From contig JADJXG010000001.1 in assembly GCA_016715965.1 (NCBI GenBank), positions 1,527,252-1,591,251 on the forward strand: 64,000 bases of DNA, in the 5' to 3' direction. Both the position numbers and the translations under genes were made by a program. The notes beneath the pieces are model-generated. The model was not told the DNA's origin. It did no database searches and saw only the letters and a program-made list of their open reading frames with translations. The stretch is from Saprospiraceae bacterium. GTDB taxonomy: Bacteria; Bacteroidota; Bacteroidia; Chitinophagales; Saprospiraceae. Every line of letters starts with the position of its first letter. Positions within the stretch are counted from its first letter, which is position 1. Positions 9,940 to 19,677 of this stretch are shown piece by piece.

Positions 9940-10555
9940 CTTCGGATTTTTCATTATCCAACACCGGAGCGAGCTCGATGGTTTCCTCGATGGGCGGTGC
10001 TTCTCCGATTTCCTGATCAGGTGGAGCAAAATCTTTGAGTTTGGGAAGATCGGACAGACTTTTTAATCCAAAATATTCCATAAACCTTAAACTAGTGCCC
10101 AGAAGAATGGGTTTTCCGGGTCCTTCGCTTCTTCCTTTAATTTCGATTAGTTCTTTTTCGAGCAATTTTTGGATCGAATGATCGCTGTTGACACCGCGTA
10201 TTTGCTCTACTTCAGATTTCGAAATGGGTTGTTTGTAAGCAATGATGGCCAGTGACTCCATGGCAGCCCGAGATAGCTTTTTCCGATTATTGATCTTAAT
10301 GTAGTCGGCTATCAGAGGAAAGTAATCGGGTTTGGACAAGAATTGAAAACCATCGGCGATTTCTTTGAGCTCAATGCCAAATTCTGGTGATTCGTATCTC
10401 TGGCGGATAGCCTCCAGAGCCTCATCGATAAGCTCTATATGAATGCTCAGGCCCTGGTTGTTTTCAAGGCAATATTTAATGTCTTCTTTGAGAATGGCTT
10501 GTGGCGCCGCAAAGATGAGACTTTCTATAGCAGGTATGTATTGGCTTGATTCCAT
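9929..10555 (-). CDS. scpB: segregation and condensation protein B
   Basis: N-terminal IESLIFAAPQAI motif, two winged-helix-like halves (SRAAMESLAIIAYKQPISKSEVEQIRGV), acidic C-terminal tail. Confidence 0.75.
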   Translation of the reverse strand: MESSQYIPAIESLIFAAPQAILKEDIKYCLENNQGLSIHIELIDEALEAIRQRYESPEFGIELKEIADGFQFLSKPDYFPLIADYIKINNRKKLSRAAMESLAIIAYKQPISKSEVEQIRGVNSDHSIQKLLEKELIEIKGRSEGPGKPILLGTSLRFMEYFGLKSLSDLPKLKDFAPPDQEIGEAPPIEETIELAPVLDNEKSEDEQ

Positions 10556-10625
10556 GGTGCAAAGTTAGAAAACAGTCAGAGAGTAGGAGTCAGAGGATGA
10601 AATAAAATAGAAAATGGATTCTTTA

Positions 10626-10667
10626 TTTAAAAAGACAGGGCACCACCCCGAGCGGGGCAGCACCCTG
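10626..10667 (-). terminator. strong intrinsic terminator on the minus strand
   Basis: The minus strand reads CAGGGUGCUGCCCC-GCUC-GGGGUGGUGCCCUG followed by UCUUUUU. This gives a 14-bp stem (4 G-U pairs) and a tetraloop. It lies about 150 nt downstream of the tadA stop. Confidence 0.7.
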
Positions 10668-10819
10668 CATAACCCCAAAAAACCAAGTGAAAACTAATAT
10701 CTTTAATGCTTATGGAAAATTTCAATCAAGGAGTTACAATAACAAGAACACAAATATGGTGATTTTGATTTTAGCCGGGCAGAAAAAACCTTTGTTTTAT
10801 GTTAAATTATTAACCTGCT

Positions 10820-11275
10820 TTATTTTTTGATCCCTCTTTTATCCTTAAAAAACTTCTTTAGCAGGAGACCTGCCTCCTCAGAGCATAAGCCAAATTCGAC
10901 CTGAGTCTTGGGATGGAGCAGATCTTTACCATAACGCATAAATCCAAGTTTTTCGTCTTCTGCCCCATACACCAGACGACCGAGTTGAGACCAACGAAGA
11001 GCTCCTGCACACATCACACAGGGTTCGAGGGTGACAAATAGACTGCAATTTTTTAAATACTTGCTTCCCAAAAATTCAGAACCGGATGTGATGGCCAACA
11101 TTTCAGCATGCGCGGTCACATCGTGCAATAACTCCGTTTGATTGTGAGATTTAGCCAATATTTTGTTTTGGTGCACAAGGACGGCTCCGATCGGTATTTC
11201 ACCCGCCAATTGGGCTTTTCTGGCCTCAGCCAGTGCCATTTTCATAAAATATTCATCGTTGAAAACTGATAGCAA
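10820..11275 (-). CDS. tadA: tRNA-specific adenosine deaminase
   Basis: Cytidine/adenosine deaminase zinc motifs HAEMLAI and PCVMCAGAL. Size 151 aa. TTG start, with an alternative ATG at 11245. Confidence 0.9.
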   Translation of the reverse strand: MLSVFNDEYFMKMALAEARKAQLAGEIPIGAVLVHQNKILAKSHNQTELLHDVTAHAEMLAITSGSEFLGSKYLKNCSLFVTLEPCVMCAGALRWSQLGRLVYGAEDEKLGFMRYGKDLLHPKTQVEFGLCSEEAGLLLKKFFKDKRGIKK

Positions 11276-11312
11276 AATGATAAAAATTTAATGGATTAGA
11301 GGCGTAAAGATA

Positions 11313-11320
11313 TATCTTTG
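11313..11320 (+). promoter_or_regulatory. Bacteroidota-type -7 box TATCTTTG (TAnnTTTG)
   Basis: Exact match to TAnnTTTG only 3 nt upstream of the guaB ATG at 11324. Confidence 0.3.
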
Positions 11321-11323
11321 CAG

Positions 11324-12805
11324 ATGGAAACAAACTTCTTCGCAGCACAATTTCCGGGTCAGGAAGCTCTGACCTTTGATGATGTTTTACTGGTTCCTTC
11401 CTATTCCGAGGTATTGCCCAGAGAAACGGACATTAGCACCCGGTTGACCACTGATATCAGGATTCACGTACCCATCGTTTCAGCCGCTATGGACACCGTT
11501 ACCGAAAGAGACCTGGCCATCGCAATGGCCCGGATGGGAGGAATTGGCATGATCCACAAGAACATGAGCATCGAACATCAGGCTTCTGAAGTCCGCAGCG
11601 TGAAACGCTCTGAAAGCGGTATGATCATCGATCCCGTAACCCTTAAAGCGGATGCAAAGGTAAAGGAAGCACTTGCCCTGATGGAGCAACACAGCATTGG
11701 CGGTATTCCGGTGATCGATGAATCCAGCAAACTGGTGGGCATTCTCACCAACCGCGATTTAAGGTTTGAGGCGCATCCCAACCGACCGATTTCTGAAATT
11801 ATGACACGGGAAAATCTGATCACTGCACCGGTTGGAACCAATCTGACCAAAGCAAAATCCATTCTCCAGAAATACAAGATCGAAAAATTGCCCGTGGTCA
11901 AGAAAGATGGAACCCTCATGGGTTTGATTACCTACAAGGATATTATGAAGTTGGAGAATTTTCCAAATTCGTGCAAGGACAATTTAGGTCGTTTGGTGGT
12001 TGGAGCAGCAGTGGGCATTGCCTCCGATACGATAGAAAGGGTGGAGGCACTCGTAGCTGTAGATGTCGATGTGATTTGTGTGGATACAGCCCATGGACAC
12101 AGCAAGGGAGTACTTGATATGATCAAGTCCCTCCGAAAAAAATTCAAACATCTGCAGATCGTCGGAGGCAACGTCGCCACTGGAGAAGGCGCTTTGGCTT
12201 TGGCTCAAGCAGGTGTCAATGGGGTCAAGGTGGGAGTCGGACCCGGTAGCATTTGTACCACCCGTGTGGTGGCGGGGGTCGGTGTTCCACAGCTGACCGC
12301 GATCGCATTGGCGGCACACGCATTGAAGAAAAAAGGAATCCCCATTATTGGCGATGGAGGAATTAGATATACCGGTGACATACCCAAGGCCCTCGCGGCA
12401 GGAGCAAGCACCATCATGGCGGGATCGCTTTTTGCAGGGACCGAGGAAGCACCGGGTGAAACCATCATTTTTGAAGGAAGAAAATTTAAAGTGTACCGTG
12501 GTATGGGTTCCATTGGCGCCATGCAGCAAGGATCCAAAGACCGTTATTTTCAGGATGTGGAAGACGACATCAAAAAACTGGTGCCGGAAGGCATCGAAGG
12601 AAGACTTCCATTCAAAGGAAAAGTCTCAGAAGTCATGGTTCAGTATATTGGTGGATTGAAGGCCAGCATGGGATATGTGGGAGCAGCCACCATTACTGAT
12701 TTACAAAATGCAAAAATGGTACGCATCACCAATAGCGGTATCACTGAATCCCATCCCCACAATATCACCATCACCAAGGAGTCCCCGAATTATAGCAGGA
12801 GGTAA
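11324..12805 (+). CDS. guaB: IMP dehydrogenase
   Basis: [11 protein letters not shown] motif, tandem CBS pair, catalytic loop [11 protein letters not shown], and GGIRYTGD. About 493 aa. Confidence 0.95.
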   Translation: METNFFAAQFPGQEALTFDDVLLVPSYSEVLPRETDISTRLTTDIRIHVPIVSAAMDTVTERDLAIAMARMGGIGMIHKNMSIEHQASEVRSVKRSESGMIIDPVTLKADAKVKEALALMEQHSIGGIPVIDESSKLVGILTNRDLRFEAHPNRPISEIMTRENLITAPVGTNLTKAKSILQKYKIEKLPVVKKDGTLMGLITYKDIMKLENFPNSCKDNLGRLVVGAAVGIASDTIERVEALVAVDVDVICVDTAHGHSKGVLDMIKSLRKKFKHLQIVGGNVATGEGALALAQAGVNGVKVGVGPGSICTTRVVAGVGVPQLTAIALAAHALKKKGIPIIGDGGIRYTGDIPKALAAGASTIMAGSLFAGTEEAPGETIIFEGRKFKVYRGMGSIGAMQQGSKDRYFQDVEDDIKKLVPEGIEGRLPFKGKVSEVMVQYIGGLKASMGYVGAATITDLQNAKMVRITNSGITESHPHNITITKESPNYSRR

Positions 12806-12820
12806 GGGTGTGATACAACG

Positions 12821-13403
12821 ATGGAAAAATATAAATATAAATATAGGATTCCATCTGCCCGATTAACAAATTCGGATTACGGTTCTGCTGCATTGTATTT
12901 TATGACCATCTGTACCCATAATCGTCATTACTATTTCGGTGATATTTTGGATGGAAAAATGCAATTATCAGAAATCGGTAATATCGTTGAAATCGAATGA
13001 TTGAAAACATTTGATATACGTCAGGATATGAATTTAACCAAAGGCCATTATATTGTGATGCCAAACCATTTTCATGCCATCGTAGTCATTGGTAAAATCC
13101 ATATAATACGAAACATGATTCCGATCGTAGAGACACCATGCATGATGTCTATGCGATAAATACCAATTCCAACAATCCCCCAAAAACAGATTTGGTCCCC
13201 AATCAAAAAATTTGGCTTCGATGATTCGTGGATTTAAATCGGCTGTAACCATTACTACCCACTAAATCAATCCTCAATTTCAGTGGCAATCAGGTTTCCG
13301 CGAAAATATAATTCGCAATGAAGATTCATATCATCGCATTTCAAATTACATCATTTATAACACATCCAATTGGATAGAGAATAAATTTTGTGATGATAGA
13401 TAG
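12821..13403 (+). pseudogene. decayed IS200/RayT-like (Y1, HUH) transposase gene
   Basis: Translation reads MEKYKYKYRIPSARLTNSDYGSAALYFMTICTHNR...EIE*LKTFDIRQDMNLTKGHYIVMPNHFHAIVVIG (HUH motif), then ...DKYQFQQSPKNRFGPQSKNLASMIRGFKSAVTITTH*INPQFQWQSGFRENIIRNEDSYHRISNYIIYN. There is an in-frame TGA at 12998-13000, a +1 frame change near 13152-13159, and an in-frame TAA at 13263-13265. Confidence 0.7.
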
Positions 13404-13555
13404 AATTAATTAGCATCCAGATTTGTATAAAACTATTTCGCAATATCTTTCGAATGAGAATCTTACATTTTGAGTACTACTGATCATATTGCTTAAAATG
13501 TAATAAATACCACAATACTTTGTCCTCTTTTCTTTCACCAATCATTAGATTGTAT

Positions 13556-13563
13556 TATATTTG
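13556..13563 (+). promoter_or_regulatory. -7 box TATATTTG
   Basis: TAnnTTTG match 63 nt upstream of ATG 13626. Confidence 0.3.
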
Positions 13564-13625
13564 TATAGATATTCACTTCAAATGTGGATAAAGATCAATT
13601 ATTTATTTACAAAAAATCGAATGTG

Positions 13626-14855
13626 ATGAAAGAGAAACTATTTTGTGCAATACTTATTTTAATCGGGCAATTTGCGGTAGCCCAGGATTATTGGGAGTGG
13701 GTGGATTCACCTCCCATTGGTTTGGTCAATTCCTTCGTACTGGATAAGGATGGACGTATGTATCAAGCGGTTTGTGACAGGATATACTATTCTGATGACC
13801 ATGGCTCAAGCTGGGAACCTACCCAATTTTATTTTGACAATTGTTTTCCTTCCACATTGGCCATCAACAAAGATGGATTTCTTTTTGCGAGTACCATTTC
13901 AGAGGGCATCTACCGATCTGCAGATCGAGGCCAAACCTGGAAGCATCTGACCAATGGCTTGCCGGCTTGCTGCATCCAATCGATTGCATTTAATTCTGCA
14001 GGTCATATTTTTGTGGGGTCAAGAACCATGGGAATTTATATCTCTAAAGACAAAGGAGAGAGTTGGACAGAATTTAATGCAGGATTACTTCATTTAGGTG
14101 TAAGTGTGATTAGAATTAACGATAAGGATCATATTTTTGCCGGTACGGATCAAGGTATAGTATATAGATTTACGCAGCAGGGTTCCAAATGGTTTAATAT
14201 AAACAGAGGCTTGAAGGGCGACAAGATTAATGATTTGGCCATTAATTCCAAAGGTCATCTCTTTCTTGGAACCAATAAAGGTGAATTGTATCGGTCTACC
14301 AATAATGGTGACCAGTGGACCCAATGTCTGAACAATTCTGCTTTCAAAACATCTTCGATTCGGTCAATTGTCATCAACCGTTTTGATGATATTTATATTG
14401 GGAGCCCCCATGGTGTATTGCGCAGCACCGACAATGCCCAAAATTGGACTTGGTTTAATCAAGGGTTGACCAATACCTATGTGTGCAAATTGGGCATCAA
14501 TGCAAGAGATCAGATTTTAGCAGGAATTGAAATCGGAGTATTCAGGACCAACTCGTTGGTGAGTTCAACCAAAGAATTGTCAACATTGTATCCAAAGAAT
14601 TTTGTTGAACAAAATTCTCCCAACCCGTTCAGCTCAACTACCCAAATTCCTATTTATTTGATGCGTGGTGATCGAATGACGGTAGATATTTTAGATGAAT
14701 TTGGAAGAACCATAGACAACTTAAGGAATGAACCAATGGTGCAGGGTAGACAAATGATTGAATGGAATGCAGAATCTCACCCTCCGGGAATTTACTATTG
14801 CAGAGTAAGAGCAGCTGACTTTATACAAACGATTAAATTGATTGTGGTGAAATAA
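13626..14855 (+). CDS. BNR/Asp-box repeat beta-propeller protein with T9SS C-terminal sorting domain
   Basis: Signal peptide MKEKLFCAILILIGQFAVAQ. Five Asp-boxes (SDDHGSSW, SADRGQTW, SKDKGESW, STNNGDQW, STDNAQNW). C-terminus NSPNPFSSTTQIPIYL...PGIYYCRV. Confidence 0.8.
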   Translation: MKEKLFCAILILIGQFAVAQDYWEWVDSPPIGLVNSFVLDKDGRMYQAVCDRIYYSDDHGSSWEPTQFYFDNCFPSTLAINKDGFLFASTISEGIYRSADRGQTWKHLTNGLPACCIQSIAFNSAGHIFVGSRTMGIYISKDKGESWTEFNAGLLHLGVSVIRINDKDHIFAGTDQGIVYRFTQQGSKWFNINRGLKGDKINDLAINSKGHLFLGTNKGELYRSTNNGDQWTQCLNNSAFKTSSIRSIVINRFDDIYIGSPHGVLRSTDNAQNWTWFNQGLTNTYVCKLGINARDQILAGIEIGVFRTNSLVSSTKELSTLYPKNFVEQNSPNPFSSTTQIPIYLMRGDRMTVDILDEFGRTIDNLRNEPMVQGRQMIEWNAESHPPGIYYCRVRAADFIQTIKLIVVK

Positions 14856-15359
14856 TTTATTTTAATGCTGAACTTTGGATGTTTTGGTTCAGAACATTTT
14901 TTGAGCGATATCAAGGATTTAATTCAAATGGGAGGAGACTTGTTTTTATGATTCACAAGAATCAGCTTGGATATTGGAAAAGTCTCGTGGATTAAATCAA
15001 ATACGTCAAATAAATGATTATTGTCAGGGCAGTTTACTGGTTATTCTCACGAAGGTCTCGAATTTTAATATCAAAGTCAATGCCATGCAATAATGATTTT
15101 GTTGAAGGATTGCTTAGGTGGGGTTACAGTTGGAATAAAAGCACGAAGGACACTTTTTTCTATGCCCCCCTATAATGCAAACAAATCCTGCCTTGGCTTA
15201 AGATAAGCTTTCTTTTATGTGGTTATATTCACTTAAATTCATGATTCATTTGTTTCTTTGTCCTCGCAATGAATCAACTGTCTTCTGATCTTCGAGTTTG
15301 TCATACCATCAAGGCGGTTCATTCATTCAATTTTAAAATCAATTGATTCAACCACGATT

Positions 15360-18300
15360 ATGAAAAATATTTTTCTTCTTATTGCTCTGATGGCCATCAG
15401 CGCTCAAACTCGTGCACAGCAAGAAGCTTTATGGCTTCGGTATCCTTCCATTTCTCCGGATGGAAAAACCATATTGTTTAGTTATCAGGGAGACCTTTAC
15501 AGTGTTTCATCAGAAGGCGGTGTCGCTACTCCACTGACCGTACACGAGGCATACGATTTTATGCCGGTTTGGTCACATGATGGACGTCAGATCGCTTTTG
15601 CCAGCGACCGCTATGGGAATTTTGATGTATTTGTGATGCCAGCCACCGGAGGCTCAGCCCAACGCCTGACTTATCATTCGGCCGGTGAATTTCCCAGTGA
15701 TTTTTCGAGCAACGATCAAGAAGTAATCTACAGTTCCAGCCAACTGGATGCAGCTTCTCATCAACAGTTTCCCTCGGGAATTCTTCCGGAACTATACCGC
15801 ATCTCCGTAGCTGGGGGAATGCCTCGTTTGTTGCTGACGACGACCGCGGAAGCTGCCAAATTCAATCGCGATGGATCTCTGCTGGTCTTTCACGATCGGA
15901 AGGGCTATGAGGATGAATTTAGAAAGCATCATACCAGTAGTGTGGCCAGGGATATTTGGAAATATGAAGTGAAGTCCGGTAAATACACCCGTCTTAGCAA
16001 ATTTGAAGGAGAGGACCGACATCCTGTAATTGCTCCGGATCAACAAAATTGCTATTTTCTGAGTGAGCGAAGTGGCAGTTTTAATATTTGGAAAATGAGA
16101 TTGGATGGAAGCAATCCAATACAGCTCAGTTTCTTTCAACGGCATCCTGTTCGGTCCTTGAGCATAAGCAATGAAGGTATCTTGTGCTTCAGTCAGGATG
16201 GAATGTTGTACACCATGAAGGAAGGTAGTGAAGCAAAAAAAATCACCGTTAAAATTTTAAACGACAAGCGTTATAATCCTTCAAAAACCATTTCGGTGGG
16301 CAATGGAATTTCAGAAATGACGCTGTCTCCCAATGGGAAAGAAGTGGCCTATGTCCATAGAGGTGAGGTTTTCGTTTCTTCTGTCAAGGAGGGCCACACA
16401 AAAAGAATCACCAACACTCCGGAACAAGAGAGATCGGTCAGTTTCAGTCCTGATGGTCGAAGCATTCTCTATGCCGGCGAACGCAATGGTAGTTGGAATA
16501 TTTATCAAAGTACCCTGGCACGACAAGAAGAAAAGTTTTTTTTCAATTCAACCGTTCTGAAAGAGATTGCATTAATTGCGACTGATGCTGAAGAATTTCA
16601 ACCGGCCTATTCTCCGGATGGAAAGGAAGTTGCCTATTGGGAAGAGCGCACGACATTGCGCGTGTTCAACCTATCCAGTAAAGCAACCCGAACAGTTTTA
16701 CCGGGAGATCGCAATTACAGTTATGCAGACGGAGATCAACATTTTCGTTGGTCACCTGACAGCAAATGGTTACTGGCAGAATTTCTTCAGCCCAATCAGT
16801 GGATTGGCCAGGCAGGTCTCGTAGATGCCGCAGGAGGTAAAGAACCAATCAACCTTACAAAAAGCGGATACAGCAATTTTCAGCCCAAATGGATGATGGA
16901 TGGGAAAATGATGCTGTGGTTTAGCGATCGGGATGGAATGAAAAATGACGCCAGCTGGGGAGGTCAGGCAGATGTCTATGGAATGTTTTTTACACAGGAG
17001 GCCTACGACCGATTTATCTTGAGCAAAGAGGAATATGAAATTTTGAAGGAGGAAGAAAAAGAGAAAAACAAGGAGAAAGAAAAAGAAAGCAATCCAGCAG
17101 AGGACAAGTCCAGAAATAAATCCGAAACGGAAACAAAAGAGAAAAAAGAGGAACAAAAAAAGATAGAGCCTCTGAAATTTGAATTGGATGGGATTGAAGA
17201 CCGGAAACAAAGACTGACCATACATTCTTCCCTGCTGGGTGATGCCATCCTTTCCAAAGATGGTGAAAAGATGTTTTATTTGGCCAGGTTTGAAAAAGGC
17301 TTTGACCTTTGGCAGACAGAATTGCGCACAAAAGAAACCAAGATTCTCCTGAAGTTGGCAGCTGATGGAGCCGGTTCTTTAACGCTTGATAAAGAAGGCA
17401 AATTCATTTATCTCTTGACCGATGGAAAAATGATCAAGGTCGAGGTGGAAAGCGGAAAGCAGGAAAGCATCGGAATAAAAGGTGAAATGACCCTCAACGA
17501 AGATGTGGAGCGTTCCTATTTGTTTGAACACGCGTGGAGACAGGCCAAGAAAAAATTCTATGTAAAAGATTTGCATGGGGTGGATTGGGAAGGATACAAA
17601 AAAGATTACAGCCGTTTTCTGCCCTACATCAACAACAATTTTGACTTTGCAGAAATGATGAGCGAGCTATTGGGAGAATTAAATGCCTCGCATACAGGAG
17701 CTCGTTTTCGTCCGTCCGTTCCCCTGGGTGATCAAACGGCATCATTGGGATTATTTTATGATCAGACTTATACCGGCAATGGTCTGCGAATTCAGGAAGT
17801 GATGGCCAAAAGTCCGGTCATCCAAAACGGATCTAAAATAAGAGCCGGAGTGATTATTGAAAAGATAGATGCCAATACAATTACAACGGAGACCAATTAC
17901 CACAGCCTGCTCAATCGCAAAACCGGCAAACCCACCCTTTTGTCACTTTACGATCCTGACAGCAAAACCCGCTGGGAGGAGGTGGTCAAACCCATTGGAC
18001 TCGGAGAAGAGGGAGAGTTGCGCTACAAACGATGGGTAGAACGTTGCAGGCGCATCGTGGACAGTCTGAGTGGAGGCCGCATTGGTTATGTCCACGTTCG
18101 CGGAATGAATGATCAGAGTTACCGCACCGTGTATGAGGAAGCTCTTGGAAAAAATGCCGGAAAAGATGCGCTGGTGGTGGACACCCGTTTCAACGGAGGA
18201 GGATGGCTACACGACGATCTGGCTACTTTTTTGAATGGCAAAACCTATATGACCTTTATGCCCCGTGACCAAAACATCGGCAATGAACCTCAATTCAAGT

Positions 18301-18629
18301 GGCGAAAACCAAGCGCAGTAGTGATGAGCGAAGGCAATTACTCGGATGCCCACATGTTTCCATATACTTATCGCGCGCTGGGGATTGGTAAGTTGATTGG
18401 TATGCCAGTTCCGGGTACCGGTACCGCTGTGTGGTGGGAAGGACTTCAAAACGGAGTGGTCTTTGGAATACCGCAGGTGGGAATGGTGGATACCAATGGC
18501 AAATACCTCGAGAATCAACAGTTGGAGCCGGATTTGCTGGTACCCAATGATCCCGACGAGTTGAGCCGCGGTCGCGATCAGCAATTGGAAGCGGCAGTAG
18601 AAGAGCTTAAAAAACAAATTGGAAAGTGA
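15360..18629 (+). CDS. tricorn-like protease (TolB-like propellers + PDZ + S41-type C-terminal peptidase)
   Basis: The N-terminus LRYPSISPDGKTILFSYQGDLYSV...WSHDGRQIAFASDRYGNFDVF is typical of tricorn homologues. Length is about 1089 aa. The C-terminal peptidase region reads VVDTRFNGGGW...SEGNYSDAHMF. Confidence 0.8.
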   Translation: MKNIFLLIALMAISAQTRAQQEALWLRYPSISPDGKTILFSYQGDLYSVSSEGGVATPLTVHEAYDFMPVWSHDGRQIAFASDRYGNFDVFVMPATGGSAQRLTYHSAGEFPSDFSSNDQEVIYSSSQLDAASHQQFPSGILPELYRISVAGGMPRLLLTTTAEAAKFNRDGSLLVFHDRKGYEDEFRKHHTSSVARDIWKYEVKSGKYTRLSKFEGEDRHPVIAPDQQNCYFLSERSGSFNIWKMRLDGSNPIQLSFFQRHPVRSLSISNEGILCFSQDGMLYTMKEGSEAKKITVKILNDKRYNPSKTISVGNGISEMTLSPNGKEVAYVHRGEVFVSSVKEGHTKRITNTPEQERSVSFSPDGRSILYAGERNGSWNIYQSTLARQEEKFFFNSTVLKEIALIATDAEEFQPAYSPDGKEVAYWEERTTLRVFNLSSKATRTVLPGDRNYSYADGDQHFRWSPDSKWLLAEFLQPNQWIGQAGLVDAAGGKEPINLTKSGYSNFQPKWMMDGKMMLWFSDRDGMKNDASWGGQADVYGMFFTQEAYDRFILSKEEYEILKEEEKEKNKEKEKESNPAEDKSRNKSETETKEKKEEQKKIEPLKFELDGIEDRKQRLTIHSSLLGDAILSKDGEKMFYLARFEKGFDLWQTELRTKETKILLKLAADGAGSLTLDKEGKFIYLLTDGKMIKVEVESGKQESIGIKGEMTLNEDVERSYLFEHAWRQAKKKFYVKDLHGVDWEGYKKDYSRFLPYINNNFDFAEMMSELLGELNASHTGARFRPSVPLGDQTASLGLFYDQTYTGNGLRIQEVMAKSPVIQNGSKIRAGVIIEKIDANTITTETNYHSLLNRKTGKPTLLSLYDPDSKTRWEEVVKPIGLGEEGELRYKRWVERCRRIVDSLSGGRIGYVHVRGMNDQSYRTVYEEALGKNAGKDALVVDTRFNGGGWLHDDLATFLNGKTYMTFMPRDQNIGNEPQFKWRKPSAVVMSEGNYSDAHMFPYTYRALGIGKLIGMPVPGTGTAVWWEGLQNGVVFGIPQVGMVDTNGKYLENQQLEPDLLVPNDPDELSRGRDQQLEAAVEELKKQIGK
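17021..17170 (+). repeat. K/E-rich low-complexity coding tract inside the tricorn-like gene
   Basis: Purine-rich aag/gaa/aaa runs encode KEEYEILKEEEKEKNKEKEKESNPAEDKSRNKSETETKEKKEEQKK. Confidence 0.8.
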
Positions 18630-18984
18630 TTCGCAGGGTCCAAAGCACTCCAAAATCGCTATGATAAAATATCTAATCAAACACTAAAACCATTTTGGAA
18701 TATAATGGGATTCTTGAAGAACCTCCTTTGGATCGCTTATACGAACGCAACAACAACAAAGAAGAAATGAAACAGCCAATATGGAAGAATTAATATCTCC
18801 AAAATACCAAATAAAATAAGCTGATATTTTTTTTTGAGCTGCTGACTTTCTTCATTAGAAAATCGCATGTTGTAGGATAGATTTGTTTTAAACACTCCTG
18901 TACAAATTTCGGTCCAGTGGAGCCACCATATTTGAATCCAAGTGGCTTGCATTTGAACATTATCAGCTTATCTTAATTCTGTGT

Positions 18985-19677
18985 TTATAAATTCTCCATA
19001 ATTCCACGGTACTCCCTTCCGATGGGAATAGAAATTCCATTTATTTCAACTTGTTCTGATGTGTATGATTCAACTTTGGTCGTTGAGATGATAAAGGAAC
19101 GGTGTATTCTCTTAAAAAGTTTTTCAGGAAGCAGGCTTTCCATTTCATGGGTACTCAACTTTGACGTAAATTGATTTTTGATCGTCACAATCTTGATATA
19201 CTCCCTTTGACTCTCAATGTATAAAATATCGGAATAGAGAATTTTCACTTTTTTCTTTTGAACATTCAGAAAAATGTAGTCTTTCCTGGTAGGTGCATCA
19301 TCAGTCTCTGAACCATCTTGGCGAGTGATCTTTACCTTATTGACGGCGACCAAAAAGCGTTCGAATGAAAAGGGTTTGAGAAGATAGTCTGTCACATTCA
19401 GATCATAACTCTGCAAGGCATATTGATGATAGGCGGTTGTAAAAATAACAGCCGGCGGGTGAACCAGGGTTTTCAGGAAATCTATTCCCTTTAGTTTTGG
19501 CAGATGTAAATCAAGGAAAATGAGATCAGTTTTATTTTCACGCAGAAATTCAATAGCCAGCAGTGCATTTCGGAAACTTCCTTCTAGTTCCAAAAATGGT
19601 ACCTGTCCTATATATTCGATGAGTACTTTCATGGCCAAGGGTTCGTCCTCAATCACAATGCACTTGATATTAGACAT
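18985..19677 (-). CDS. LytTR-family response regulator
   Basis: REC domain (IVIEDEP, LIFLDLHLP, LLKPF) plus a C-terminal LytTR DNA-binding domain (ILYIESQREYIKIVT...RIHRSFII). Confidence 0.9.
   Translation of the reverse strand: MSNIKCIVIEDEPLAMKVLIEYIGQVPFLELEGSFRNALLAIEFLRENKTDLIFLDLHLPKLKGIDFLKTLVHPPAVIFTTAYHQYALQSYDLNVTDYLLKPFSFERFLVAVNKVKITRQDGSETDDAPTRKDYIFLNVQKKKVKILYSDILYIESQREYIKIVTIKNQFTSKLSTHEMESLLPEKLFKRIHRSFIISTTKVESYTSEQVEINGISIPIGREYRGIMENL

Noticed and set aside
11480-12537. Several long antisense or off-frame ORFs inside guaB (11480-11692, 11578-11919, 11932-12180, 11984-12529, 12205-12537, 12348-12659)
   Set aside because: They overlap a gene with an unmistakable IMPDH sequence. 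Their translations are low-complexity (S/T/P/A/R-rich) with no motifs, which is the typical shadow-ORF pattern in a relatively GC-rich, codon-biased gene.
12998-13000. TGA at a Trp position in the RayT-like gene as evidence for TGA-to-Trp recoding
   Set aside because: Many well-supported genes in the window terminate at TGA (for example 18627-18629, 24606-24608, 34571-34573). The same gene also has a frameshift and a TAA, so simple decay explains it.
13034-13252. 72-aa minus-strand ORF
   Set aside because: It lies antisense within the recognisable RayT-like pseudogene and has no independent support.
17021-17170. Repetitive aag/gaa tract as a possible CRISPR array or tandem DNA repeat
   Set aside because: There are no regularly spaced identical repeats. 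The periodicity is codon-level (Lys/Glu) within an intact reading frame.
16770-17331. Three overlapping minus-strand ORFs (up to 151 aa) opposite the tricorn-like gene
   Set aside because: They arise from the purine-rich K/E tract, whose antisense gives F/L/S runs. They have no start context or motifs.
18737-18952. 71-aa minus-strand ORF downstream of the LytTR regulator, with a C-terminal hydrophobic helix
   Set aside because: It could be a small membrane protein co-transcribed with the two-component genes. However, the N-terminal half is W/I-rich and odd, and there is no supporting motif. Left uncalled.
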